Source: Senegalia massiliensis (GTDB lineage Bacteria; Bacillota; Clostridia; Tissierellales; SIT17). From it: a DNA stretch of 24,000 bases. The stretch spans positions 6,374 to 30,373 of the forward strand of contig NZ_QXXA01000010.1 of assembly GCF_009911265.1 (NCBI RefSeq), in the 5' to 3' direction. Positions within the stretch are counted from its first letter, which is position 1, and the number at the start of each line of letters is the position of its first letter. Made by a program: the position numbers and the translations under genes. This document shows positions 1-8,924 of this stretch, piece after piece. Below the pieces are notes generated by a model that was given only the letters and a program-made list of their open reading frames with translations, was not told where the DNA came from and made no database searches.

Positions 1-1
1 T

Positions 2-178
2 AAATTAGAAGGAAATTTTGATAAAATAAAGAAAACAGATTATTTTAAGAATAGTAGAATGAGCAAAAAAGCAGAATTAATATTATATTGTTATTTTCCT
101 GAACTATGTCATGGTATTGTATTGCTAAGGAATAATTTAATGAAAGTAAAAACTCAAAGAAGAGGTTCTAGTAAATGA
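2..178 (+). CDS. Possible 3' end of an upstream CDS truncated by the window edge (product unknown)
   Basis: Frame 2 is open from the window edge to TGA at 176-178 (...ELILYCYFPELCHGIVLLRNNLMKVKTQRRGSSK*). Its stop overlaps the next start in an ATGA junction (ATG 175-177), the coupling style used elsewhere in this array. No recognisable motif, so coding status is unproven. Confidence 0.3.
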   Translation, partial: KLEGNFDKIKKTDYFKNSRMSKKAELILYCYFPELCHGIVLLRNNLMKVKTQRRGSSK

Positions 179-1626
179 AAAGTTTAAAATCTACAGTTCT
201 CTCTTCACTTTTCTGGAAACTGATGGAGAGGAGTGGAACTCAAGGGATACAATTTATTGTACAAATAGTCTTAGCGAGATTATTAGCACCAGAGCAGTTT
301 GGAACTATTGCAATAGTTATGGTTTTTGTTTCAGTAGCTAGAGTATTTGTTGAAAGTGGATTCAATACAGCATTAATACAAAAAAAAGACTCTGATGAAG
401 TAGATTTTTCTTCTGTATTCTATATTAGTCTATTGATTGCAGGAGCTCTTTATATACTCATTTATATTTCGGCACCATTTATATCTGATTTTTATAGAGA
501 GCCAATATTAGTTCCGGTTCTAAGAGTTTTATCTTTAACATTATTTTTTGGGGTATTTAACTCTATTCAAAATGCTTACATAGCAAAAAATATGATGTTT
601 AAAAAGTTGTTTACAAGTAGTTTAGGAGCTATTATTATATCAGGTGTTTTGGGAATTATTGCAGCATACCAAGGATTGGGAGTATGGGCGCTTGTAATTC
701 AACAATTAGTGAATCAAATATCAATAACCGTTCTGCTACTATTTATAGTAAAATGGAGACCTAAGTTAATCTTTTCTTATAAACGAGTAAAAATTTTATT
801 TTCATATGGATGGAAGTTATTAATATCTGCATTGTTAAATGTTCTATATATAGAACTAAGAACATTAATAATAGGGCGAACATATAGTTCATCAATGCTT
901 GGATTCTACAATAGAGGTGAACAGTTTCCAAAAGTTATAGTACTTAATATCAACGGTTCTATACAATCTGTAATGTTACCAACACTCTCATCTTATCAGG
1001 ATAATAGAAAAAAGGTAAAAGATATAGTTAGACGTTCAATTGTAACCAGTTCTTTTATGATTTTCCCTATTATGATTGGTTTAGCAGTAGTAGCAGAACC
1101 CTTAGTAAAAATAGTGTTAACTGATAAATGGATACCATCAGTTCCATTTTTACAAATATTTTGTATTTCTTATGCTTTAATGCCCATACATACTGCTAAT
1201 TTGCAAGCAATTAATGCTATGGGTAGAAGCGATATATTTCTTAAGCTTGAAATAGTTAAGAAAATATTAGGTGTTATTATACTGATTATCAGTATTCCTT
1301 TTGGAATATATGCTATAGCTTTGGGTATGGTTATAAATAATATTATTGCATCATTTATTAATGCATACCCGAACAAGCAACTACTTAATTATAGTTATAA
1401 AGAGCAATGGGTTGATATTATGCCATCATTTCTGATAACTCTTGTTATGGGTACTATAGTTTATTTATTTAACTTTATTAATATTGCTGCGTGGAAAATT
1501 TTGACTTATCAAGTTATAGTTGGAGTTATAACATATATAGTCCTAGCAAAGGTGTTTAGGTTAGAGAGTTTTAGATACTTACTTGAATCAATTAGACAAC
1601 TAATTAAATTTAGGACAAAATCCTAG
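175..1626 (+). CDS. wzx: Polysaccharide/oligosaccharide flippase, MOP/PST superfamily (Wzx / TuaB-like)
   Basis: 483-aa polytopic membrane protein with hydrophobic segments along its whole length. The N-terminal signature LFWKLMERSGTQGIQFIVQIVLARLLAPEQFG is typical of Wzx/TuaB/EpsK-type polysaccharide biosynthesis proteins. AGAAGAGG RBS lies upstream, and the gene sits in a sugar-nucleotide gene cluster. Confidence 0.85.
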   Translation: MKSLKSTVLSSLFWKLMERSGTQGIQFIVQIVLARLLAPEQFGTIAIVMVFVSVARVFVESGFNTALIQKKDSDEVDFSSVFYISLLIAGALYILIYISAPFISDFYREPILVPVLRVLSLTLFFGVFNSIQNAYIAKNMMFKKLFTSSLGAIIISGVLGIIAAYQGLGVWALVIQQLVNQISITVLLLFIVKWRPKLIFSYKRVKILFSYGWKLLISALLNVLYIELRTLIIGRTYSSSMLGFYNRGEQFPKVIVLNINGSIQSVMLPTLSSYQDNRKKVKDIVRRSIVTSSFMIFPIMIGLAVVAEPLVKIVLTDKWIPSVPFLQIFCISYALMPIHTANLQAINAMGRSDIFLKLEIVKKILGVIILIISIPFGIYAIALGMVINNIIASFINAYPNKQLLNYSYKEQWVDIMPSFLITLVMGTIVYLFNFINIAAWKILTYQVIVGVITYIVLAKVFRLESFRYLLESIRQLIKFRTKS

Positions 1627-1649
1627 GAATCAAAAATGGAGGTTATGAA

Positions 1650-2942
1650 ATGAAAAAAAAGGTTGCAGTATTTCCTGCAGGCTCAGAAATTGGATTAGAA
1701 ATTAATAGAGCATTAAAATATTCAATGTATATTGAACTTTTTGGGTTTTCTAGTGTGAATGATCATGCTAAATTTGTATATAAAAATTATATAGGAGACA
1801 TACCATTTTATAATGATGAAAACTTCATTGAAGTGATTAATTATCATATAGAAGAAAACCAAATAGATTTTATATTTCCTGCACATGATGATGTACAATT
1901 ATATTTGACAGAGAATAAGGAAAAAATAAATGCAGATATTTTAACACCAGACTTAGAAACAGTGAAAATCTGTAGATCTAAAATTAAAACTTATAAGTAT
2001 TTTGCCGAATTTGATTTTATACCTCAATATTATGAAAAGGATAATATAAATGAAATAAATCTAGAATTTCCTTTGTTTATAAAACCTGATATAGGTCAAG
2101 GTTCAAAAGGAGCACGAAAAGTAAATTCTTTAAGTGAATTATTAGATGAAATCAATAAAGATCCTGAGATTGTTATTTGTGAATATTTACCAGGAGAAGA
2201 ATACACGATTGATTGTTTTACAGATTCTAATGGAAAACTGAGAGTATGTAATGCAAGAAATAGAAATAGAATTAAATTAGGAATAAGTGTAAACTCAAAG
2301 ATTCTTGAGACAGATGATAGTATAACAAATATTGCTAATATAATTAATGAAAAACTTAGATTTGATGGAGCTTGGTTTTTCCAATTAAAAAAAGATGTAA
2401 ATAATCAATATAGACTTATGGAAATAGCTCCAAGAGTCTCAGGAACAATGGGACTAAGTAGAAATACAGGTGTTAACTACCCATTATTAACAATATTTAA
2501 TAAGATGGTAGATGAGGTAAAAATAATCAAAAATAATTATGATATTGAGGTTGATAGAGCATTTTTCAGTAGGTACAAAATCAATATTCAATATGATTAC
2601 GTCTATGTAGATTTAGACGATACATTAATTATTGATGGAAAAGTAAACAATTATTTAATGATGTTCTTATATCAAGCAGTTAATCTAGAAAAGGAAATAA
2701 TACTGATAACAAAGCATATTAATAATGTAAAGGAGACTCTTTCAAATCACAAAATATCTATAGGTTTATTTGATAAGGTCATTCATTTGAGGAAAGAAGA
2801 TGAAAAAAATATTCATATTGAATCTGAAAAATCAATTTTTATTGATGATTCGTTTTCTGAAAGATTAAGAATGTTTGAAGAAAAGAACATTCCGGTATTT
2901 GATACTAGTGAAATTGAAAGTTTATTAGAGTGGAGGGGTTAG
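1650..2942 (+). CDS. Two-domain enzyme: N-terminal ATP-grasp ligase fused to a C-terminal HAD-superfamily phosphatase-like domain
   Basis: GGAGG RBS at 1637-1641. ATP-grasp-type motifs: FPLFIKPDIGQGSKGARKV, EYLPGEEYTIDCF, WFFQLKKD...YRLMEIAPRVSG. The C-terminal ~115 aa carry HAD motifs: motif I YVDLDDTLI (DxDxT, nt 2610-2624), a Thr motif ILITK, and an acidic motif IFIDDS. Confidence 0.8.
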   Translation: MKKKVAVFPAGSEIGLEINRALKYSMYIELFGFSSVNDHAKFVYKNYIGDIPFYNDENFIEVINYHIEENQIDFIFPAHDDVQLYLTENKEKINADILTPDLETVKICRSKIKTYKYFAEFDFIPQYYEKDNINEINLEFPLFIKPDIGQGSKGARKVNSLSELLDEINKDPEIVICEYLPGEEYTIDCFTDSNGKLRVCNARNRNRIKLGISVNSKILETDDSITNIANIINEKLRFDGAWFFQLKKDVNNQYRLMEIAPRVSGTMGLSRNTGVNYPLLTIFNKMVDEVKIIKNNYDIEVDRAFFSRYKINIQYDYVYVDLDDTLIIDGKVNNYLMMFLYQAVNLEKEIILITKHINNVKETLSNHKISIGLFDKVIHLRKEDEKNIHIESEKSIFIDDSFSERLRMFEEKNIPVFDTSEIESLLEWRG

Positions 2943-2943
2943 T

Positions 2944-4245
2944 TTGAAGAAACAGTTAAAAATAGGTGTTACAGGTCCAATATCTGAAGTTAACTTTGGA
3001 GACTACGCGATGTTTGTTAATAATTTCTATGAACTTAATGCTGATAAAATTTATATTTTTTCATATAATAAAGGCTTCTCTGAAAAAATTAGAGATGATT
3101 ATTGTAAAAATATGAATATAGATACTATAGAAGTGAAACTTAAAGATAATAAAAATAACATTTTATATAATGAAGAGGAAAATAAACCAAAAGTTGGATT
3201 TTTGCCATTTAATTATCCTACCGAGACACCTTTAGATATTCTGAATAGAATTGATAATTTAAGTGAAATGCAAAAGGCTATTAGAGATATGGATATACTT
3301 ATTGTTAATGGTGGAGGATATTTTAATCATCTTTGGAATAATAGTTTATGGCGTTCTGATATGTTAAAAAAAATAATTGCTCCAATACTTTTAGCTAGCC
3401 AAATGAGAAAGAAAATATATTTTACAGGAAATGGATATGGTCCTTTTGACCAAAGTGAAGAATTCTTTAATTATACATTTAATTATTTACGTAATACCAC
3501 ATATGGAGTTAGGGATCGTATGTATTCAAAAAAATATCTTGAAAAGATTGGAATTGAATCTGACAAAATACATTTCATTCCAGATGATTTATTTTTTATA
3601 AATGATAGGATTCTAGATATTCCATCTTCTAATGTTGATAATCTTCTAAAAAATAAGAGATATATACTAATGGAACTTTATTATCCACTTGAGGAAATAA
3701 AAAAATATAGAGATATCTTAAAAAGATTTAGCGACAATATTCACAAAAGATATGGGTTATCCATAATATTTGTACCATTTGATTTTGAAAGAGGGGGTAC
3801 TTGGCAAGGAGAATATCTTGCTGAACAGCTTGATAATTTTTATATGTATGATTTGAGTGATAGTGGTTATTTGCCTATTCAGGACATTCATAATTTAGTT
3901 AAAAATGCAGAGTTGGTTATTTGTAATAGATACCATGCATTTGTTTTATCAATTGCTTTGGGAACACCAGTAATCAATTTAATAAAAAAGGTCTGTGATG
4001 ATCATAGATACTATTTTAATAAAAATTATGGATTATTAGAATATACATTTTCCGGATTAGATTTTAATGAAATGGATTATATTAAAATAGATTTGGATGA
4101 TGCACTTAAAGCTATTGAAGAAGATTTTGATGTAATTGTTAGAAAACAAAAAGAACTATACTTTACAAAGGAATATAGTTCAAACAAAGAAATGTTGAAA
4201 AAGCTTAGAGTTGATTATTTCTCTAAAATACAGTTGGAGGAATAA
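2944..4245 (+). CDS. Polysaccharide pyruvyl transferase family protein (CsaB/WcaK-like)
   Basis: TTG start 5-6 nt after a strong GGAGGGG RBS (2932-2938). Motifs ILIVNGGGYFNHLW and LVICNRYHAFVLSIALGTPVI resemble the conserved glycine-rich and R-x-H motifs of the pyruvyl transferase family (PF04230-type). Lies in a glycan locus. Confidence 0.75.
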   Translation: MKKQLKIGVTGPISEVNFGDYAMFVNNFYELNADKIYIFSYNKGFSEKIRDDYCKNMNIDTIEVKLKDNKNNILYNEEENKPKVGFLPFNYPTETPLDILNRIDNLSEMQKAIRDMDILIVNGGGYFNHLWNNSLWRSDMLKKIIAPILLASQMRKKIYFTGNGYGPFDQSEEFFNYTFNYLRNTTYGVRDRMYSKKYLEKIGIESDKIHFIPDDLFFINDRILDIPSSNVDNLLKNKRYILMELYYPLEEIKKYRDILKRFSDNIHKRYGLSIIFVPFDFERGGTWQGEYLAEQLDNFYMYDLSDSGYLPIQDIHNLVKNAELVICNRYHAFVLSIALGTPVINLIKKVCDDHRYYFNKNYGLLEYTFSGLDFNEMDYIKIDLDDALKAIEEDFDVIVRKQKELYFTKEYSSNKEMLKKLRVDYFSKIQLEE

Positions 4246-4247
4246 TC

Positions 4248-5342
4248 ATGACTAATAAAATACAAGTAACCCGTTCATCAATGCCACAACTTGATGAATA
4301 TATAGATGAAATTAGAGAACTGTGGAATAGTCGTTGGTTGACTAATATGGGAGTAAAACATAAAAAATTAGAATCAGATTTGATTAATTATTTAGACGTA
4401 TCTAATATAGCCCTATTTACAAATGGTCATATTGCGTTGGAAACTGTGATTGCAGCTTTGGATCTAGAAGGAGAAGTTATTACTACTCCCTTTACTTTTG
4501 TTTCTACAACACATGCTATAGTAAGAAATGGATTAGAACCAGTATTTTGTGATATTAATTCTGAGGATTATACAATTGATGTAGAGAAGATAGAGAGTCT
4601 CATAACAGAAAGAACTAGTGCAATAATCCCAGTACATGTATATGGTAACGTGTGTAATATAAATGAAATTCAAAGAATTGCTAATAAATACAACTTAAAA
4701 GTAATTTATGATGCAGCTCATACTTTTGGAGTTAAAGTTGATGATACAGGTATTGGAAACTTTGGAGATGCTTCTATGTTTAGTTTCCATGCAACTAAAG
4801 TATTTAATACTATTGAAGGTGGAGCTGTGACTTTCAATGATAAAAAATTAGATAAGAAATTAAATGAATTGAAAAATTTTGGTATAACAGGTCCAGCATC
4901 TATTCAATATATTGGTGGTAATGGAAAAATGAATGAGTTTCAGGCAGCTATGGGAATTTGTAATCTTAGACATGTTAGTAATGAGATAGAGAGGCGTCGG
5001 ACCGTAGTAAAAAGATATATATCTAATCTTAATGGAATAGAAGGAATAAAGCTTATTAAACCTCAGAAAGGTGTTAAGAGTAACTATTCATATTTTCCAG
5101 TAGTTTTTGATGGATATAAAAAGACAAGGGATATGATATTTGAAGAACTCAAAGAACATGATATAATTGCTCGAAAATATTTTTATCCTTTAACAAATAA
5201 TATTAAATGTTATAAAGATATATTTAATTCAAATAATACTCCTATTGCTAAATATATAGCAGAGAGGGTATTAACATTACCACTTTATGCAGATTTAAAC
5301 TTAGATGATGTTGATAGGATTTGTAAAATAATTAAGAAATAG
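4248..5342 (+). CDS. DegT/DnrJ/EryC1/StrS-family PLP-dependent sugar aminotransferase (likely dTDP-4-keto-6-deoxyhexose 4-aminotransferase)
   Basis: GGAGG RBS at 4232-4236. Fold-type I sugar aminotransferase motifs: [19 protein letters not shown], and the Schiff-base lysine context SMFSFHATK. Sits immediately upstream of rmlA-rmlB, which supply a dTDP-4-keto-6-deoxyglucose substrate. Sugar and stereochemistry are not determinable by eye. Confidence 0.85.
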   Translation: MTNKIQVTRSSMPQLDEYIDEIRELWNSRWLTNMGVKHKKLESDLINYLDVSNIALFTNGHIALETVIAALDLEGEVITTPFTFVSTTHAIVRNGLEPVFCDINSEDYTIDVEKIESLITERTSAIIPVHVYGNVCNINEIQRIANKYNLKVIYDAAHTFGVKVDDTGIGNFGDASMFSFHATKVFNTIEGGAVTFNDKKLDKKLNELKNFGITGPASIQYIGGNGKMNEFQAAMGICNLRHVSNEIERRRTVVKRYISNLNGIEGIKLIKPQKGVKSNYSYFPVVFDGYKKTRDMIFEELKEHDIIARKYFYPLTNNIKCYKDIFNSNNTPIAKYIAERVLTLPLYADLNLDDVDRICKIIKK

Positions 5343-5353
5343 AGGTGGAAAGA

Positions 5354-6220
5354 ATGAAAGGTATAATATTAGCAGGTGGTAAAGGGACAAGATTATACCC
5401 TATGACAAAAGCAGTATCAAAACAATTGTTACCGATTTATGATAAGCCATTAATTTATTATCCAATTTCAGTATTAATGCTAGCAGGTATTAAAGAAATA
5501 CTAATTATTTCAACCCCTGAGGATATAGGAGTTTATGAGAAATTACTTGGAGATGGGTCTACATTTGGAATTAAATTATCATACACTGTTCAAGATAGGC
5601 CAAGAGGATTGGCTGATGCTTTTATATTAGGTGAAGACTTCATAGGTGATGATAATGTTTGTTTAATTTTAGGAGACAATGTATTCTATGGACAAGACTT
5701 AACAAAAGTATTGAATAGAGCTCAAGAACATGAAGAAGGAGCTGTTATTTTTGGGTATCCTGTAAAAGATGCAAGGTCATTTGGTGTAGTTGAGTTTGAT
5801 GAAAATAGAAAGGTTGTTTCTATAGAAGAAAAGCCAGAAAAACCAAAGTCTAACTATGCAGTTCCAGGTCTTTATTTTTATGATAATAGAGTAGTTGATA
5901 TTGCTAAAAACATAAAACCATCAGCTCGTGGAGAAATAGAAATAACTGCAGTAAATAATGTATACCTAGAAGAAGGGGATTTAAATGTAATACTTCTTGG
6001 TAGAGGAATGGCATGGCTAGATACAGGAACACCGGACGGTATGCTTAAAGCTGCTGAATACGTTGAAGCTGTTCAATCAAGGCAAGGGTTTTATATAGCT
6101 TGTTTAGAGGAAATTGCATGGCGTAGAGGATTTATTAATGATGAGCAGTTTAGAGAAGTGGGAGAAGGATTGAAAATGACTGATTATGGTCAATATATTC
6201 TCACTTTATTAGAAGAATAA
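5354..6220 (+). CDS. rmlA: Glucose-1-phosphate thymidylyltransferase
   Basis: [18 protein letters not shown] nucleotidyltransferase loop, plus conserved RmlA blocks ([46 protein letters not shown]). The ORF track starts at GTG 5345, but ATG 5354 follows the AGGTGG RBS and matches canonical RmlA N-termini. Confidence 0.95.
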   Translation: MKGIILAGGKGTRLYPMTKAVSKQLLPIYDKPLIYYPISVLMLAGIKEILIISTPEDIGVYEKLLGDGSTFGIKLSYTVQDRPRGLADAFILGEDFIGDDNVCLILGDNVFYGQDLTKVLNRAQEHEEGAVIFGYPVKDARSFGVVEFDENRKVVSIEEKPEKPKSNYAVPGLYFYDNRVVDIAKNIKPSARGEIEITAVNNVYLEEGDLNVILLGRGMAWLDTGTPDGMLKAAEYVEAVQSRQGFYIACLEEIAWRRGFINDEQFREVGEGLKMTDYGQYILTLLEE

Positions 6221-6248
6221 ATCAACTTAAGTTGGAGGTAGTAGAAAA

Positions 6249-7310
6249 ATGAAAACAATATTAGTTACAGGTGGAGCTGGTTTCATTGGTAGTAACTTTA
6301 TAAAAATGATATTGACAAAGTATCCTAATTATAAAATTATAAATGTAGATTCATTGACTTATGCAGGAAATTTAGAAAATTTAAAAAATGTAGATAAAAA
6401 TGATAATTATATTTTTATAAAAGCTGATATAAGAGATAGAAAAAAAATTGATGAAATATTTAGTTCTTATGACATTAACTCTGTTGTAAATTTTGCTGCA
6501 GAATCTCATGTAGATAGAAGTATCGAAGAACCTGAAATTTTTCTAACAACTAATGTAATAGGAACACAAGTATTATTAGATGTAGCTAAAGAATATTGGA
6601 AAGTCAAGCCAAAGGATAAATATAGTAAAAAGTATAAAGAGGGTGTAAAATTTTTACAAGTATCAACTGATGAAGTATATGGAGCTTTGGGTAAAACAGG
6701 GATGTTTGTAGAAAATATGCCTTTAAAACCAAATAGCCCATATTCTGCCTCTAAAGCAAGTGCAGATATGATAGTGAGATCTTATCACAAAACATATGGA
6801 ATGCCTATTAATATTACTCGTTGTAGTAATAATTATGGGCCATATCAGTTCCCAGAAAAATTAATACCACTTATGATTAATAATTGCTTAAAAGAAAAGT
6901 ACCTACCAGTTTATGGTGATGGTATGCAGATAAGAGATTGGTTACATGTCTCAGACCATTGTTCTGCAATTAATACTGTGCTTCATAATGGCAAAGAGGG
7001 AGAAGTATACAATATTGGTGGTAATAATGAAAAAGCAAATATTGAAATAGTTAAGTTGATAATTCAAGAATTAGGTAAATCAGAAGATTTAATTAAATAT
7101 GTAAAAGATAGACCAGGTCACGATAGAAGATATGCAATAGATAATAAAAAAATAACATCTGAATTAGGATGGGAACCAGAATATACATTTGATCAGGGAA
7201 TGAAAGAAACCATTCAATGGTATTTAAATAATACAGAATGGATTGAAAATATAGTATCTGGTGATTACATGAATTATTATGAAGATATGTACTTTAATAT
7301 TAATAATTAG
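6249..7310 (+). CDS. rmlB: dTDP-glucose 4,6-dehydratase
   Basis: Rossmann motif ILVTGGAGFIGSNF, catalytic STDEVYG and YSASKASADMIVRSY (Y-x3-K), and DRPGHDRRYAID near the C-terminus. GGAGG RBS upstream. Confidence 0.95.
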   Translation: MKTILVTGGAGFIGSNFIKMILTKYPNYKIINVDSLTYAGNLENLKNVDKNDNYIFIKADIRDRKKIDEIFSSYDINSVVNFAAESHVDRSIEEPEIFLTTNVIGTQVLLDVAKEYWKVKPKDKYSKKYKEGVKFLQVSTDEVYGALGKTGMFVENMPLKPNSPYSASKASADMIVRSYHKTYGMPINITRCSNNYGPYQFPEKLIPLMINNCLKEKYLPVYGDGMQIRDWLHVSDHCSAINTVLHNGKEGEVYNIGGNNEKANIEIVKLIIQELGKSEDLIKYVKDRPGHDRRYAIDNKKITSELGWEPEYTFDQGMKETIQWYLNNTEWIENIVSGDYMNYYEDMYFNINN

Positions 7311-7371
7311 TATTCATATTAATTGTTCTTAGAAATAAACTATACTAATCTTTAGATAATAGGAGTTATTC

Positions 7372-7414
7372 AAAATGTGCCAGATCAATATATTGATTTG
7401 GTACATTTTTATTT
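7372..7414 (+). terminator. Rho-independent terminator after rmlB
   Basis: AAAATGTGCCAGATCAA / TTGATTTGGTACATTTT forms a ~17-bp stem (two G-U pairs) with a 4-nt loop (7389-7392). It is followed by T-rich sequence, 62 nt after the rmlB stop. Confidence 0.7.
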
Positions 7415-7439
7415 AAATATTATATACAAATAATAATTA

Positions 7440-7468
7440 TTGAAATTATACATATGTTACTATAAAAT
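7440..7468 (+). promoter_or_regulatory. Candidate sigma-A promoter for ugd (TTGAAA-17 nt-TAAAAT)
   Basis: TTGAAA at 7440-7445 and TAAAAT at 7463-7468 with a 17-nt spacer, downstream of the rmlB terminator. Hexamer matches are common by chance in DNA this AT-rich. Confidence 0.25.
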
Positions 7469-7534
7469 ATTTATAATGTCATTTATTTAACTATTTAATA
7501 CTAATTAATGCTAAAATTTATATAGTGATAATTA

Positions 7535-7609
7535 TTAAATAGTTTATATCATGCATTTAATAGTAAATTATATTATATATTAATAGATTTTATTTAGAAA
7601 TTAATAGAT
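7535..7609 (+). repeat. Four phased TTAATAG-like motifs upstream of ugd
   Basis: TTAAATAG at 7535, and TTAATAG at 7557, 7580 and 7601 (start-to-start spacing 22, 23, 21 nt). The last two extend to a 10-nt repeat ATTAATAGAT (7579-7588, 7600-7609). Confidence 0.35.
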
Positions 7610-7648
7610 AAAAATGTGATAGTATAAAATAAAGGGAGGAACATTTAA

Positions 7649-8815
7649 ATGAAAATAACAATAGCAGGAACTGGATATGTAGGATTATCAAATGCAATAT
7701 TACTTGCTCAAAATAATGAGGTAAAAGCATTAGATAGAAATCAATGGAAAGTAGATCTAGTTAATGATAAAAAATCACCAATAGTTGATAAAGAAATCGA
7801 AGATTATTTAGTTAATAAAGATTTGAACTTATTAGCTACACTAGATGTGAAAGAAGCATATAAAGATGCTGAATATGTAATAATAGCAACACCAACAAAT
7901 TATGATCCTGAAAAAAATTACTTTGATACATCTTCAGTGGAATCAGTAATAAAGGATGTATTAGAAATAAACCCAAATGCAGTAATGGTAATAAAGTCAA
8001 CAGTACCTGTAGGGTATACTAAAGAAATAAAAGAAAAATTTAATACAGAAAATATTATCTTTTCTCCAGAATTTTTAAGAGAAGGAAAAGCATTATATGA
8101 TAATCTATATCCGTCAAGAATAATAGTTGGAGAAAGATCTGAAAGGGCTAAAAAGTTTGCAAATCTTTTAGCAGAAGGAGCAATAAAAGAGGAGATAGAT
8201 ATATTATTTACAGACTCAACAGAAGCAGAAGCTATAAAATTGTTTTCTAACACTTATCTTGCAATGAGGGTAGCATTTTTTAATGAGTTAGATACTTATG
8301 CAGAAGTTAGAGGGCTTAATACAAAGCAAATAGTAAAGGGAGTAAGTTTAGATCCTAGAATAGGAAGTCATTACAATAATCCTTCATTTGGATATGGTGG
8401 ATATTGTTTACCTAAGGATACAAAGCAGTTACTTGCAAATTACAAAGATGTACCAAATAATATAATGAGAGCAATAGTAGATGCAAATAGAACTAGAAAA
8501 GATCATATAGCAGAAATGCTTATAAAGAAAAAACCAAACATAATTGGTGTATATAGATTAACTATGAAAACTAATTCAGATAACTTTAGACAATCTGCTA
8601 TTCAAGGGATAATGAAAAGAGTAAAAGGTAAAGGAATAGAAGTGATAGTATATGAGCCAGTATTAAAAGAAAATGAGTTTTATGGTTCAAAGGTAGTGAG
8701 GGATTTAGATGAATTTAAAAAGAAATCAGATATAATAGTAACAAATAGAATGTTTGATGAATTAGAAAATGTGAGAGAAAAAGTATATACAAGAGACTTA
8801 TTTGGCAGGGATTAA
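7649..8815 (+). CDS. ugd: UDP-glucose 6-dehydrogenase
   Basis: AAGGGAGG RBS at 7632-7639. N-terminal Rossmann [10 protein letters not shown]. Catalytic-cysteine motif [15 protein letters not shown]. 388 aa with typical Ugd/TuaD/HasB blocks ([47 protein letters not shown]). Confidence 0.93.
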   Translation: MKITIAGTGYVGLSNAILLAQNNEVKALDRNQWKVDLVNDKKSPIVDKEIEDYLVNKDLNLLATLDVKEAYKDAEYVIIATPTNYDPEKNYFDTSSVESVIKDVLEINPNAVMVIKSTVPVGYTKEIKEKFNTENIIFSPEFLREGKALYDNLYPSRIIVGERSERAKKFANLLAEGAIKEEIDILFTDSTEAEAIKLFSNTYLAMRVAFFNELDTYAEVRGLNTKQIVKGVSLDPRIGSHYNNPSFGYGGYCLPKDTKQLLANYKDVPNNIMRAIVDANRTRKDHIAEMLIKKKPNIIGVYRLTMKTNSDNFRQSAIQGIMKRVKGKGIEVIVYEPVLKENEFYGSKVVRDLDEFKKKSDIIVTNRMFDELENVREKVYTRDLFGRD

Positions 8816-8832
8816 TTTCCTGCCTCTTTTTT
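8804..8832 (+). terminator. Rho-independent terminator of ugd (overlaps its stop codon)
   Basis: GGCAGG (8804-8809) / CCTGCC (8819-8824) stem with a 9-nt loop, followed by TCTTTTTT (8825-8832). Confidence 0.75.
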
Positions 8833-8838
8833 ATGTAC

Positions 8839-8866
8839 ATAAGTTCTGTATAATTACAGAACTTAT
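8839..8866. promoter_or_regulatory. Perfect 12-bp inverted repeat ATAAGTTCTGTA-TAAT-TACAGAACTTAT upstream of the PTS regulator gene (candidate operator/activator site or second hairpin)
   Basis: Arms at 8839-8850 and 8855-8866 are exact reverse complements. They lie ~30 nt upstream of a perfect TATAAT (8896-8901), which precedes the RBS and ATG of the regulator. Confidence 0.4.
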
Positions 8867-8924
8867 ATGTTATAGTTTTATAAATAAGCGTAACATATAA
8901 TTAAGTAGAAAGGATTTGTATAAT

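Noticed and set aside
1653-1660. A8 homopolymer directly after the ATP-grasp start codon (MKKK), plus similar A7-A8 runs at 380-387 and near 15713, considered as slipped-strand phase-variation switches.
   Set aside because: Lys-rich N-termini and A-runs of this length are routine in genomes this AT-rich. There is no second-frame continuation or other evidence of on/off switching. This cannot be assessed without population or strain sequence data.
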